Shown here: one piece after another, positions 13,575-26,148 of the stretch
How the letters are laid out: every line of letters starts with the position of its first letter
How positions within the stretch are numbered: position 1 is the first letter of the stretch
Assembly: GCA_002269645.1 (NCBI GenBank)
Contig: NIVC01000238.1
Location: forward strand, 62,001 to 126,000
DNA from: Macrostomum lignano
Taxonomy: Eukaryota
Direction of reading: 5' to 3'
DNA length: 64,000 bases
Program-made: the position numbers and the translations under genes
The notes under the pieces: model-generated
What the model saw: only the letters and a program-made list of their open reading frames with translations
Database searches by the model: none
Told to the model about the DNA's origin: nothing

Positions 13575-15500
13575 TCGTCCATGAGCCTTGTCATCTTAGC
13601 AATTCCCCCCAGTAAGCCTTGAAATCTCAGCAATTCCCCAAGTAAGCCTTGACAAGAATTGCTAAGAATTGCTAAGAATACTTAGCTAACAATTGCTAAT
13701 ACTTGCTAAGAATTGCTGAGAAGCCTCGAGATCTCAGCAATTCCCCCAGTAAGCATTGACATCTTAGCGATTCTCCCAGTAAGCCTTGAAATCTTAGCAA
13801 TTCCCCCAGAAAGAATTCAAATCTTAGCAATTGCCGCAGTAAGCCTTGAAATCGCTGCAATTCCCCCAGTAAGCCTTAACATCTCAGCAATTCCCCCAAT
13901 AAGCCTTGACATCTGAGGAATTCCCCAGTAAGCCTTGAAATCTAAGCATTTCCCCAGTAAGCCTTGAAATCTCAGCATTCCCCCAGAAAGCCTTCACATT
14001 TTAGCAATTCCCAGTAAGACTTGACATCTCAGCAGTTCCCCCATTAAGCATCGACATCGCAGCAATTAAACTCGAGCCTTGACATCTACGCAGTTCTCTC
14101 AGCTGAGTAAGCCTTGACATCCCAACAACCCAACTCCCCTCCCCCAAGAATTCAGCAATCCCCTTATGAGCCTTGATATCTCTGCAATTTCTTCATAAGC
14201 CTTGTCAACTCAGTGATTCCATTCATGAGCTTTGATATCTTAGCAACTCCCATCTTAGCAAGTCTTTAGTTGATGGTTAACAGAGTGGTTATTCTATGAT
14301 TGAACCAAAACTGACCCTAAGCCCCTAACCCTAACCCATAAGTGAGTCTTGGCATGTTAGCAATCTCCCCCGTGAGCCTTGAGCCTGAGCATTTAAGTAA
14401 CTTCCTCATAAGATTTGAAATCTAAATTTCACCGAAAGCCTTGAACTGTCAGCAATTCCCTAAGAGCCAAAGCATATAACTAATTCGCCCCTTTAATCTT
14501 TGAAATTCCTTGATGAATCATTTATGATTGACACGACGATCGCTCTATAATTAAACTCAAATCCTAACCCTTAACCTGCAGCCGAGTCACAGCATTTCAG
14601 CAACTCCCCCTCTCAGCCCAAGAATTTCAGCAATTCCCCAATGAGCTTTTGAAATCTTAGCAATTTTCCCATGAGCATGAAACTTTAGCGACTAACCTTT
14701 TGATATCTTGGCACTTTCACATGAGTCTTATGGTTGAAAACTAACCCTGCCAAGTCACAGCATTTCAGCAATTCCCACCGTAAACCACAGCATTTCAACA
14801 AATACCCAATGAACCTTGACATTTCGTGAATTTCAGCTATTAGCTTTAGGAGCCTTTGAAATCTCAGTCATTCCCCCGTGAACCTTAGCATCTCAGCAAT
14901 ACCCAAGAGTCACAGCCTACAGCATTACAGGGATCCCCGTGAGCTTTGAAATCTCAGCTATTCCCCAATGAGCCTTGATATCTCAGCAACTCCTATTTGA
15001 GCCACAAAATTTCGGCATTATGAGCAGGTACTGCAATCACAACAATCCCCCTGAGCATTGAGCCACTTTATAATTCGGATATCCCCCACGAGCCTTTACA
15101 ACTTAGCAATTCCCCAATGAGTATTTAATGTTAGACAGGCCTATTCATTTATATGGTTTACGTCTTACTCTTACCCTAACAATGTCGGCAATTCCCTCAA
15201 GAGCCACAGCATTCCAGAAATTATTTCCATGAGCCTTGACAGCAAATAATTTTAATGAGCCTTGATACCTCAGAAATTTCTCAAATGGAATTTGAAATCA
15301 AAGCAATTCTGCCCAGAATCACATCAGTATAGGAATTTCCCTCTGAGACTTGACAAGACATCTCAGAATTTCTCTCATGGGCCTTGATCTGGCCCATGGC
15401 CCAGTAAGCCTTGAAATCTCAATAATTCCCCAGTAAGCCTTGACATCTCAGAAATTCCCTCATTAAGATCGACATCGCAGCAATTGAACTTAAGCTTTGA
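13575..15500. repeat. ~30-bp minisatellite (gccttgaaatctcagcaattcccccagtaa) degrading rightwards; further arrays at ~19640-20000 and ~23660-24550
   Basis: Directly visible; reverse-complement versions at ~2640-2900 and 3620-3830 in H1. Confidence 0.9.
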
Positions 15501-17443
15501 AATCAAAGCAATTCTCCCCAGAATCACATCATTATAGCAATTACCGCTTGTAGTGAGTGAAACGAGGCTAGACTGCTTGTTGTAGTCGATAGTTGCCGAA
15601 AGCTTGCAGGCGAGAATAATAGCGATCAGTATATTTATTGAATTATTGAGCTGAGTCAGAATGGTGGCTAAAGTCGCACCATGCACATTTGATATTGTAC
15701 GCATAAGGGTTGAGCTAGCAGAGTCACGCGGCGCAGCCGCTAACAACCCCCCAACACACACACGATAGTAGGCGCTGCCTACACCGCTGAGCCTTGAGAT
15801 CTTAGAAATTCTCCCATGAGTCTTGATATCACAGAAATTTTCCATACCAGCCTTGACATCTTAGCAATTCACATTGAGTATTTTATTCTCGACAGACCGC
15901 TTCTTTTATGGTTGACATGATGATTCTTTTGTCGCTTTTTCTTGTGTTGAGTTTTCTTCTGTTTAAAGTAGCATTTATTAAAAACTTACAGTGGTTTACC
16001 ATCACTTTAGCAATGGTTTACCATCACTTTAGCGATGGTTCACCAGCAATTTAGCAATGGTTCACCAGCAGTTAGCAATGGTTCACCGGCACTGTTCCGC
16101 AAAATCTGGGAGCAGATGGCTACTGATCTCCATATGCTTCTCAATAATCGAAACCATTTGAAATGTTTGCAACTTGCAGTTTAAAATTGATTTGCAATTC
16201 TCCAGCATATTTATTAATTCATTGTACGTCAGATTAGCACTGCTCACCCAGATTAGATCTTTGCAAATTAGCACTTACAGCAGATTAGCACTGCTCTAGA
16301 AGACTAACGCAGCCCCAGCAAAAGTATCTTTAAATTTAAGTGTTTAACATCTCCATGAATCTGCATAGGATGCAATCATTATTGTCACAGGTCACAAAGA
16401 TAAATTCGCTGCTTCAATGCAGGCTCGAACTGCTGACATCAAAGCATTCTGTTTGCTTCTGCTTGATACTGCCTGCCTACTGCGGCTATTGTGCCTATTG
16501 ACATGTGGTCGAAATAATCTAGTTTAGCAACTTCAGCCGTTTGAAGTTAACCCCCGGAAATCGGCATTTATCCCCAACACAACCTGAAATTATCCCTTCA
16601 TCTAATCCCGCCAAAAGACTGCAGTTATTTCTTAGCAGCCGGCATTTATCATCCACTTTGCATTTTAAAACTTTTATTAAAATTAAGAATGCATACCCTC
16701 AGCGGCATAGAATTGTCCCCTTAGCCAAAAATATTTCACTTAGCAGCCGCAGAAATCCCCTAAACAACTTGTACTTAATCTTCCACAGTAAATATCCACT
16801 CAAAACTCAATAGTTAGTTATAAGCCTCAGAAGTCTGCCATTATCCTCTAATTAGTCCGCAGTTTTCTCTCTCAGCAGTCTGCAGCTATACGCTCATACG
16901 TCTGGAGGAACTACCTCAGCAGTTTGCAGTTGTTTCCCCTTTGCAATCTGCAATGATCCCTTCGACAGTCTGCAGTTCCCCTCAGCAGTCTGCAGTCATT
17001 TCATTTTCAGTCTACAACTGTACCATTAACGATTTTCATTCATTCTCTCAGCAGCCTGCAGTTCTCCTCTCGGCCGGCTCCTCAGTCTCCTCTGCAAACT
17101 GCAATTTTCTCAGCATTTTACGGCTCACTAATAAATTTTCGATACATATCGGCAGTTTTGAAAAGCTCAGCATTTAGCAATACCTTCAGCAGTTTTTTTC
17201 AGAATCGTCTGCAGTTTAGCAATTTCATACTTTCATGGAGCTAGGCAATATACCCATTGATGGGATCAGTACGCTCGTAATACATGTACTTGAAGCAGTT
17301 TCTACAAATCAAATTTGCTTATCGACTTGTGCCAAACAGCAAAAATACATGTAGTTCATTAAGTGTGCCTTGTTAATTAAGCATAAAAGTTTCAATTAGT
17401 CGAAGCACAAGCTAAAATAAATAATTAGTTCAATTTTAATTGT

Positions 17444-17524
17444 CCGCTGCGAGGTAGACTCGAACCTGGGACCTTACGCCTATCCTAAAACTGGTCCTAG
17501 TGCCTACAGTGCGGCTACTCCGCC
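17444..17524 (-). other. tRNA-derived (SINE-head-like) A/B-box module, copy 1; others at 18049-18131, 22305-22386, 25251-25331
   Basis: Minus-strand approximate consensus ggcggagTAGCCGCAGTGTAGGcactaggactaggtttaggctaggcgtaaggtccaaGGTTCGAGTCtgcctccccggcgg: A-box-like and B-box motifs at tRNA spacing. Stems are imperfect, so not a functional tRNA. Confidence 0.55.
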
Positions 17525-19115
17525 TATTGATCGGAGGGCGACAAAATCAGCCATATATGCTTTGGCACTGCAGTCAAATACACAGCAGTGATAGGCTGCT
17601 TAGTGCACGGGTTGTATGCAGGCAGAGCCAATGCGCAGTTAAGTAAAATCTATAAATTAGATTTAAGTCTGGAGGAACTAATTCACAGTCTGCAGTTCTT
17701 CTGTGGCCGGCACCTCAATCCCCTCAGAAAACTGCAATTTGCTCAGAATTGTACGGCTCACTAATCAATTTTCGATACATATCGGCAGTCTTGAAAAGCT
17801 CAGCATTTAGCAGCATTGTCTGCAGTTTAGTAATTTCGTACTTTTATGGAGCTAGACAATACCCATTGATGGGATCAGTTATACTCGAAGCAGTTTTTAC
17901 AAATCAAATTTGATTAGTGGCTTGTGCCGAGTAGCAAAAAATGAATTGCTAATTAATAAAAAAATGTTTCAAATGAAATTAAATAAAAAATGTTTCAATT
18001 AGTCCAGGCACAAGCTATAAATTATTGAATTATTTGAATTTTTATTATCCGCCGGGGAGGCAGACTCGAACCTTGGACCTTACGCCTAGTCTAAACCTAG
18101 TCCTAAGTGCCTACACTGCGGCTACTCCGCCTATTGATGGGAGGACAACAAAATCAGCCATATATGCTTCAGAACTGCAGTTAAAATACATAGCAGTGAT
18201 AGGCTGCTCAGTGTGTAGGCGTGCAGGCGGAGCCAATGCACAGTTGATTGAGTGAAATCTATAAATAGCAATTTTCTATGGAGTCCGCCAGTCAGAGCCA
18301 GGGTCAGAATGTACACACGCAGCCACTGAGCATTTTTTCTCCTTGCACACTGCAACCCCAGTATTGAAGCTTACACAGTGGAGAGAGAAAAGTTATGGCG
18401 CAATCATAATTGGAATTGGAATTCAGCCAGTCCAGTCAAGAATTCAAGCTAGTTTGCCCTACCATTAAAAGCATTGGGAAAACTCGTTTTTCGAATATTT
18501 GATACCTTTAGCATTAAAGCCAATTAAAGAAATTTTAACTGTCTTCTTTCCAGATAATTACAAATCTTTTTGTAAAAACGCGATTAAAATTGGTCAATTG
18601 GTTCTATCTCTAGAACGTTATGCAAATAATAGCACAAATTCTCTTCGAGTGAAAGTCACACGAAGCAGCTATGACATAATCAAATACTCAGGCAGTCAGC
18701 ATCAGTCTCAATTAAAGTTAGCAATATGGTTACGCAATTTCTGTCTTTCAACTTGGCACAGTGTTTTCAACTTGTTGTGATGCAATCTTTATCAAAATCA
18801 GAATTCAGTCAGTCGGTTTTTTCTCTAGCATTCTTACAGCGCATTTCAAGTCGAAAGAGCTGCTTGACCTTTGCAAAAAAGCATGTTTTTCGAATATTTA
18901 ATCCCTTTAGCATTGAAGCAGATTAAAGAAATTTTAACCGTCTTCTTTCCAGACAATTTTGAATATTTTGGCGAAAACGCGATCAAAATCGGTGAAGAAT
19001 TGCTCTCTCTAGAGCGTTATGGACATACAAACCTTAGAGATTTAGTATATTTAGAAGATCATTCATTCAAGCATACAAACCTTAGAGATTTAGTATATTT
19101 AGATTAGAAGATAGA

Positions 19116-22100
19116 CTAGCCATTTAGCCCCCCTCTGGGGAGCCTTGAAAATGACACCAATTGGTTTTTATTTCGGCACAACAGCAACCTTACTATAATT
19201 ATCCAAAATGTTTATTTTCATTAATCAAAAATTACCTTTTCTCACGTTTGAAAAAATAAGTTGTCATGAATCAGAACTTTCATTAGCCAAAAAGTTTCCT
19301 TCATCAGCCCAAAACCCTTTCTCAATCAGCAAATAGTGCTTATCCGTTCAAGCACAAACTCTTAGTGAATATCGTCACTGGCCGGGGCATATTCTGATCC
19401 GCAGCAGGAGCTCAAAATGCAAATCCCTGACGGCCTTAGACCCTCTCTGTTTATTAGCCTAAATCAAAGAATCAAACATTTAATAAATGCGCTGGTATTT
19501 CCTATTAGCAGAAATCAGCATCACTTGTGTGTACTTTTTCATTATCTGAATTACATGAGCTACTTGAGCCGTACTACCTGACTATCTGACAATCGCCCAA
19601 TAACCTAGTAACCCCCCCCCCCAAAATTCAACCATCGTCCATGAGCCTTTACATATCAGCAATTCCCCTGTAAGCCTTAACATCTCAGCAATTCCCCCAG
19701 TAAGCCTTGGCATATCAGCAATTCCCCCAGTAAGCCTTGAGATCTCAGCAATTGCCCCAGTAAGCCTTGAAATCTCAGCTTTCCCCCAGTAAGCATTGAA
19801 ATCTTAGCAATTCTCAGTAAGACTTGACATCTCAGCATTTCCCCAGTAAGCCTTGACATATCAGCAATTCCCTTAGTAAGCCTTGAGATCTCAGAAATTC
19901 CCCCCATAAGCTCTGAGATCTCAGCAATTGCCCCCCGGTAAGCCTTGACATCTCAGCAATTCCCCCAGTAAGCCTTGACATCTCAGCAGTTATCCCATTA
20001 AGCCTCGACATCACAGCAATTAAACTCGAGCCTTGACATCACGCAATTCTCCCAGCGCAGTAAGCCTTGACATACCAACAACCCAACTCCCTTTTCCCAA
20101 GAATTCAGCAATACCCTTATAAGCCTTGATAACTCAGCAATTTCTTTATGAGCTTTGTCAACAGAGCGATTCCACAATGAACTTTGATTATATCTAAACA
20201 AGTCTTTAATTAATGGTCACCCTAACCCATAAGTGAGTCTTGGCGTGTTGACAATTTCCACCATAAGCCTTGAGCCTCAGCATTAAAGTAACTTCCTCAT
20301 AAATAAGCTTTGTAATCTGAATTTCACCGAAAGCCTTGACCTGTCAGCAATTCCCCGTAGTAGAGCCAAAGCATTTAAGTTTCCCCCCCCCCAATATCAT
20401 TTAATCTTAGCAACTCCTCGATGAATCATTAATGATTGTCACGACGATCGCTCTATAATTGAACCAAAACCATAACCCTTGTAGTAGAATTTCAGCAATT
20501 CCCCAATGAGCTTTGGAAATGTTAGCAATTTCCCCATGAGCCTGAAAATTGAGTGACCAACCTTTTGATATCTTGGCACTTGCATTTCAACAATTAATTT
20601 CAGCAATTTCACAAATGAAACTTGAAATCAAAGCAATTCTCCCCAGAATGACATAATTATAGCAATTCCCCCTGAGCCTTGAGATCTTATAAATTCTACC
20701 GAGAGTCTTGATATCACAGCAATTTCCCATACCAGCATTATGCTCGTAGCAATAGTCTTAGCAGTTTTAACAGTCTAAGCAATTCCCGATGAGACTTTTA
20801 CGTTCGACAGGGCGCTTCATTTATGATAAATATGATGATTCTTGTTCGCTTTTTCTTGCGTTGCGTTTTTTTCTCTTTAAAAGTTTTTTTTATTAAAAAA
20901 ATTACAATATTTTACCATAGCTTTCTGCAGTTTTTGCAATGGTTCACCAGCATTTCAGCAATGGTTCACCAGCAGTTTAGCAATGCTTCACCAGCAGTTT
21001 AGCAATGCTTCACCAGCAGTTTAGCAATGCTTCACCAGCATTTCAGCAATGCTTCACCAGTAGTTTAACAAGGCTTCACCAGCAGTTTAGCAATGATTCA
21101 CCAGCACTGTTTTGCACAATCACTGAGCAGATGGTCACTAATCTTTGCTTATTGCCATATTGCTTCTGGATAATCGAAACCATATGAAATGCTTTGTCAA
21201 CTTGCAGGTTAAAGTTGATTTGTGATCCCCTTACATATTTATTATTTTATTTTATACATCAGATTAGCACTGCTCTCCCCGATTAGCGCTGCTCCTAAAG
21301 CTTAGCGTAGCCCCAGCAAAAGTATCTACAAAATGAAAATGCTAAAAATTTGCATGAATCCTCATATGAAACAATGATTATTGTCACAAAGATAAATTCG
21401 CTGCTTCATTACAGACTCGAACTGCCGACCTTCTGCTAAAAGCCTTATACTATACAAGAAGTTTAGTAACTTCGGCAGTTACTAAAACTTCTAATTCAAG
21501 ATTCAAGATTCAAACTAAATTCAAGAAGTTTAGTAACTTCAGCAGTTTGAAGTTAACCCCCCCCCAGAAATCGGCAGTTATCTCCACAACATCCTGAAAT
21601 TAGCTATCACTTCTAATCCCACAAACAGACTGCAGTCATACTCTTAGCAGCCTGTAGATATCCACTGTGCCGTCTAAAACTTTCATTAACATCAGCAAAC
21701 TACAATACTTCACTCAGCAGTCCGCAGTTATCCACTCAACAACTTGCACCTGATTCTTCACAGCTATTATTCACTTTAAACTCTGTAGATAGTTATCCCC
21801 TCAGCAGTTTGCTGCTATGCACTCATAAGTGTGGAGGAACTACCTCAGCAGTTTGTTCCTTTTTTTCCCTTTGCAGTCTGCATGAATGATCCCTTTGACA
21901 ATCTGCAGTTCCCCTCAGCATCTTCTGTTCTCCTTTCCAATAATCTTCCAATCTTCCAATAATCTAAAAATGTGCTCAGCATTTTACGGCTCACTAAACA
22001 ATTTTTAGTACATATCGGCATTCTTAAAAAGCTCAAAATTTAGCAATACCTTTAAGCAATTTTAACAGCATGGTCTGCAGTTTAATAGCAATTTCATACT

Positions 22101-23260
22101 TTCATGGTGCGAGGCAGTACTCGTTGATGGGATCAGTAATACACGAAGCAGTTTTTTTAAATCAAATTTGATAAGTGGCTTGTGCCAAGCAGCAAAAATT
22201 ATTTGCTAATTAATAAAAAATGTTGCAATTAAAATGAATAAAAAATATGTTATATTTAGTCGAGTCACAAGCTACAAATGAATGAATTTACTTATTTTAA
22301 TTATCCACCGGGGAGGCGGACTCGAACCTTGGACCTTACGCCTAGCCTAAACCTAGTCCTAGTGCCTACACTGCGGCTATTCCGCCTACTGATGGAAGGG
22401 CGCAAAAATCAGACATATATGCTTCGGCACTGCAGTCAAATACATAGCAGTGATAGCCTGCTCAGTGTGCACAGTTTTGGTGCTGGCAGAGCCATTGCAC
22501 AGTTAAGTAAATCTCTCAATTTCAATACTTTTAAAATGCACTGGCTGATTTCTCTCTCCCTCCAGAGTGCCTGCGCAATGCTTGGCACACTGCCTCCTGC
22601 TGAAAAGCTCAGAGTCAGTTTATAGCGAGACTATGCAGTACGCAGTTGTGGCGCAATTATTTAGAATTGGAATTCAGCCAGTCAAGAATTCAACGCTGCT
22701 TGGCCTTCCATTAAAAGCATTTAGATAAACTTGTTTTTCGAATATTTAATACCTTTAGCATTGAAGCAGATTAAAGAAATTTTAGCTGTCCTCTTTCCAG
22801 ATTATTAAAAAACTTTTGGCGAAAACGCGATCAAAATTGGTCAAGAATTGCAGTCTGTAAAGCGTTACGAAAAATAGATCTTTGACGCTTAAAGAGCTCG
22901 CTGCTAGCCTCCATAATAATTTTATTTTTGACCCCTGGTATGGTTGCGCAATTTAAATAGAGTAGTTATCTGGGCAGTGGGGCCCATGAGTTTTCTGATC
23001 AGTTCGCTCTGGCGCAATCATTAAAATTGGCTGTGAAGTTTTTCGCTGTAAAATTTGCATTGAAAAAGCCCATTTAAAACAGTTTTTCGAATATTTAATC
23101 CCTTTAGCATTGAAGCAGATACAAGAAATTTTAACTGTCTTCTTTCCAGATAATTACAAATCTTTTGGCGAAAACGCGATCAAAATCGGTGAAGAATTGC
23201 TCTCTCTAGAGCGTTATGGACAAGCATACAAACAAACCTTAGAGATTTAGTATATTTAGA
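19116..23260 (-). mobile_element. Non-autonomous Helitron-like element H4 (same subfamily as H3)
   Basis: 3' hairpin + CTAG at 19116-19119; 5' TCTAAATATACTAAATCTC at 23260; collinear with H3. Confidence 0.65.
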
Positions 23261-25853
23261 CTAGCCATTTAGCCCCCCGCTGGGGGGCCTTAAAATTGAC
23301 ACCAAGTGGTTTTTATTTTGACCTAAGAATAACCATTAATTTCAATTTCCATTAATCAAAAGTTACTTTTTCGCTTACTGGCAAAAAAATTGCCATGAAT
23401 CAAAACTTTCACCAGCCTAAAATGTTTCCTTTATATCAGCCTAAAACCCTTATTCAATCAGCAAATAGTGCTTATCATTTTAAGCACAAACTCTTAGTAC
23501 ATATCTTCATTGGCTTGGGTATATTCTGGTCCGCAGCAGGAGCTCTTATTTTTGTGCACTATTCCATTATCAAATTAAATGATCTACTTGAGCCGTACAA
23601 CTTGACGATCTGACAATCGCTAAACAACCTAACCCCCTCCCCCCAAAAATTCAGCCACCCCCCAATGAGCCTTGATATCTCAACAATTCAGCCATCCCCC
23701 ACGAGCCTTGACATCTGAGAAATTCCCTCAGTAAGCATCGACATTAGCAATTAAACTCGAGCCTTGACATCTACGCTATTCTCCCAGGCCAGTAAGCCTT
23801 GACATCTCGGAAATTCTTCCAGTAAGCCTTGAAATCTCAGTAATTCCCCCAGTGAGCCTTGAAATCTCAGAAATTACCCCAAAAAGCCATCAAATCTTAG
23901 CAATTCTCCCAATAAGCCTTGACATTCAGAAATTCCCCCAATAAGTCTTGACATCTCAGTAATTCTCTCAATAAGCCTTGACATCTTAACATCTCAAGAA
24001 TTCCCTTTAGTAAGCCTTGAAATCTCAGTAATTCCCCCAGTAAGCCTTGACACCTGAGCAATTCCCGTGAGCCTTGAAATCTCAGAAATTACCCCAAAAA
24101 GCCATCAAATCTCAGCAATTCTCCCAATAAGCCTTGACATTCAGAAATTCCCCCAATAAGTCTTGACATCTCAGTAATTCTCTCAATAAGCCTTGACATC
24201 TTAACATCTCAAGAATTCCCTTTAGTAAGCCTTGAAATCTCAGTAATTCCCCCAGTAAGCCTTGACACCTGAGCAATTCCCGTGAGCCTTGAAATCTCAG
24301 AAATTACCCCAAAAAGCCATAAAATCTCAGCAATTCTCCCAATAAGCCTTGACATTCAGAAATTCCCCCAATAAGTCTTGACATCTCAGTAATTCTCTCA
24401 ATAAGCCTTGACATCTTAACATCTCAAGAATTCCCTTTAGTAAGCCTTGACATCTCAGAAATTCCCATAAGCCTTGAAATTTTCAGAAATTACCCCAAAA
24501 AGCCATGACATCTCAGCAATTCAACCAATAAGCCTTGACATCTCAGTAATTCCTGAGATGTCTCCACAACAACCTGAAATTATCTATTCCAATCCCCAAA
24601 ACAGACTGCAGTCATTATCTTAGCAGCTTGGAGTTATCCCCTTGCAGTCTATAACAATTATTAAGCATTTATCTCCTCAGCAGCCTAGAACTGTCCCCTC
24701 AGCAAACAACAGCTCAGAAGTCTACCAATCCTCCAAGCAGTCCCCCTCAGCAGTTTGCAGCTATAGCCTTATAAGTCTGGAAGAACTACCTAAGCAGTTT
24801 TCAGTTTGTCCCCTTTGCAGTCTGCATGAATGATCTTTTCGCCAATCTGCAGTTCCCCTCAGCAGTCTGCAGTTCTCCTCTCGGCGGGCTCCTCAGTATA
24901 CTTATCAAACTGGAATAAAGGGTCCTTTCAAGAATCTTAATTTTTTTCTCAGCATTTATTACAGTTCACTAATCAATTTTTGATACATATCGGCAGTTTT
25001 TTCCCAATTCAGCCTTATTAAATTTAGCAGCTTAGCAATTTCATACTTTCATGGAGCTAATAGGCAATACCCATTGATGCGATAAGTAATGCTCGAAGCA
25101 GTTTTTTTACAAATCAGATTTGCTTAGTGAATTTGAATAATTTTGTATATGGAAAAATTATTCATTAGGTGTGCCTTGCGAATTCAACAAAAATATTCCA
25201 ATTAGTTGAGGGAAAGCTATAAATGAATAAATTAATTTAATTTTAATCATCCACCAAGGAGGCAGAGTCGAACCTTGGACCTTACGCCTAGCCTAAACCT
25301 AGTCCTAGTGGCTACACTGCGGCTACTCCGCTTTCTAATTGGAGGGCGCAAAAATCAGCCATATATGCTTTGGCAACTGCAGTCAAATACATAGCAGTGA
25401 TAGGCTGTTCAGTGTGCACAGGTTGTATGCAGGCAGAGCCAATGCAGAGTTAAGTGAAATCTATAAATAGCAATTCTCTATGCAGTCCGCCAATCAGCCA
25501 GGGTCAGAATGTACACACGCAGCCACTGAGCATTCTCCTCCCCCTTGCACACTGTAGCCAGTATTGAGGCCTACACAGTGAATAGAGAAAAGTTGTGGCG
25601 CAATCTTAATTGAAATGGCTATTCAGTTAGTCGAGATTTTGACCTTTTCTAGCCTCCCATTGAAAGCATAGGAAAACTCGTTTTTCGATTATTTAACCAT
25701 CTTCCCATTCGAATTTTTTAAAAGCAATTACACCCACACAATCTCACAAAAATTTGCAATTGAAAAAAGCAAGTTTGAAGAAAATCGGTTCAGGCATTCA
25801 GGCTGTAGACTGAAATACCGGTCAGATCTTAGAGATTTAGTATATTGTGAAGA
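23261..25853 (-). mobile_element. Non-autonomous Helitron-like element H5 (same subfamily as H3)
   Basis: 3' hairpin + CTAG at 23261-23264. 5' A|TCTTCACAATATACTAAATCTC at 25853, consistent with the Helitron A|T target at the outer end of the array. Confidence 0.62.
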
Positions 25854-26148
25854 TATGGTCTTTATATACACTTGGAAGCATTTAAGGCAACAGTCACAGT
25901 CGATGTCTTAAAACGTTTGATTTGATTGACAAGCTTCTTGCTTCTTGCTTCTTGTATCAGAAATACGAGCCTTGCATTAGACAAAAGCAAAAGAGCGCTT
26001 AAAGTTGTGATGTTCTCTCGTGCTCTCTTAGATTGGAAGCGAATCCCGTGTGAGTGACTACGTAGCGTGTGTTAGGGGTTCACATTACACTGACTTTGGT
26101 CTGCTTGTCCTTCAAGTCTCCTACCACAGATAAATGTAAGATAGACAT

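Larger units (their letters stand above)
13069..19115 (-). mobile_element. Non-autonomous Helitron-like element H3 (second subfamily)
   Basis: 3' end cccc-agc-gggg hairpin + ctaaatggCTAG (13069-13072) abutting the TC of H2. 5' end TCTATCTTCTAATCTAAATATACTAAATCTC at 19115. Contains ~30-bp gccttgaaatctcagcaattcccccagtaa arrays and a ~630-bp internal duplication (~17060-17660 / 17690-18260). Shares 5' blocks with H1/H2. Confidence 0.65.

Noticed and set aside
17444-25331. Functional tRNA genes
   Set aside because: A/B boxes present, but acceptor, anticodon and T stems do not pair properly and the copies are TE-embedded.
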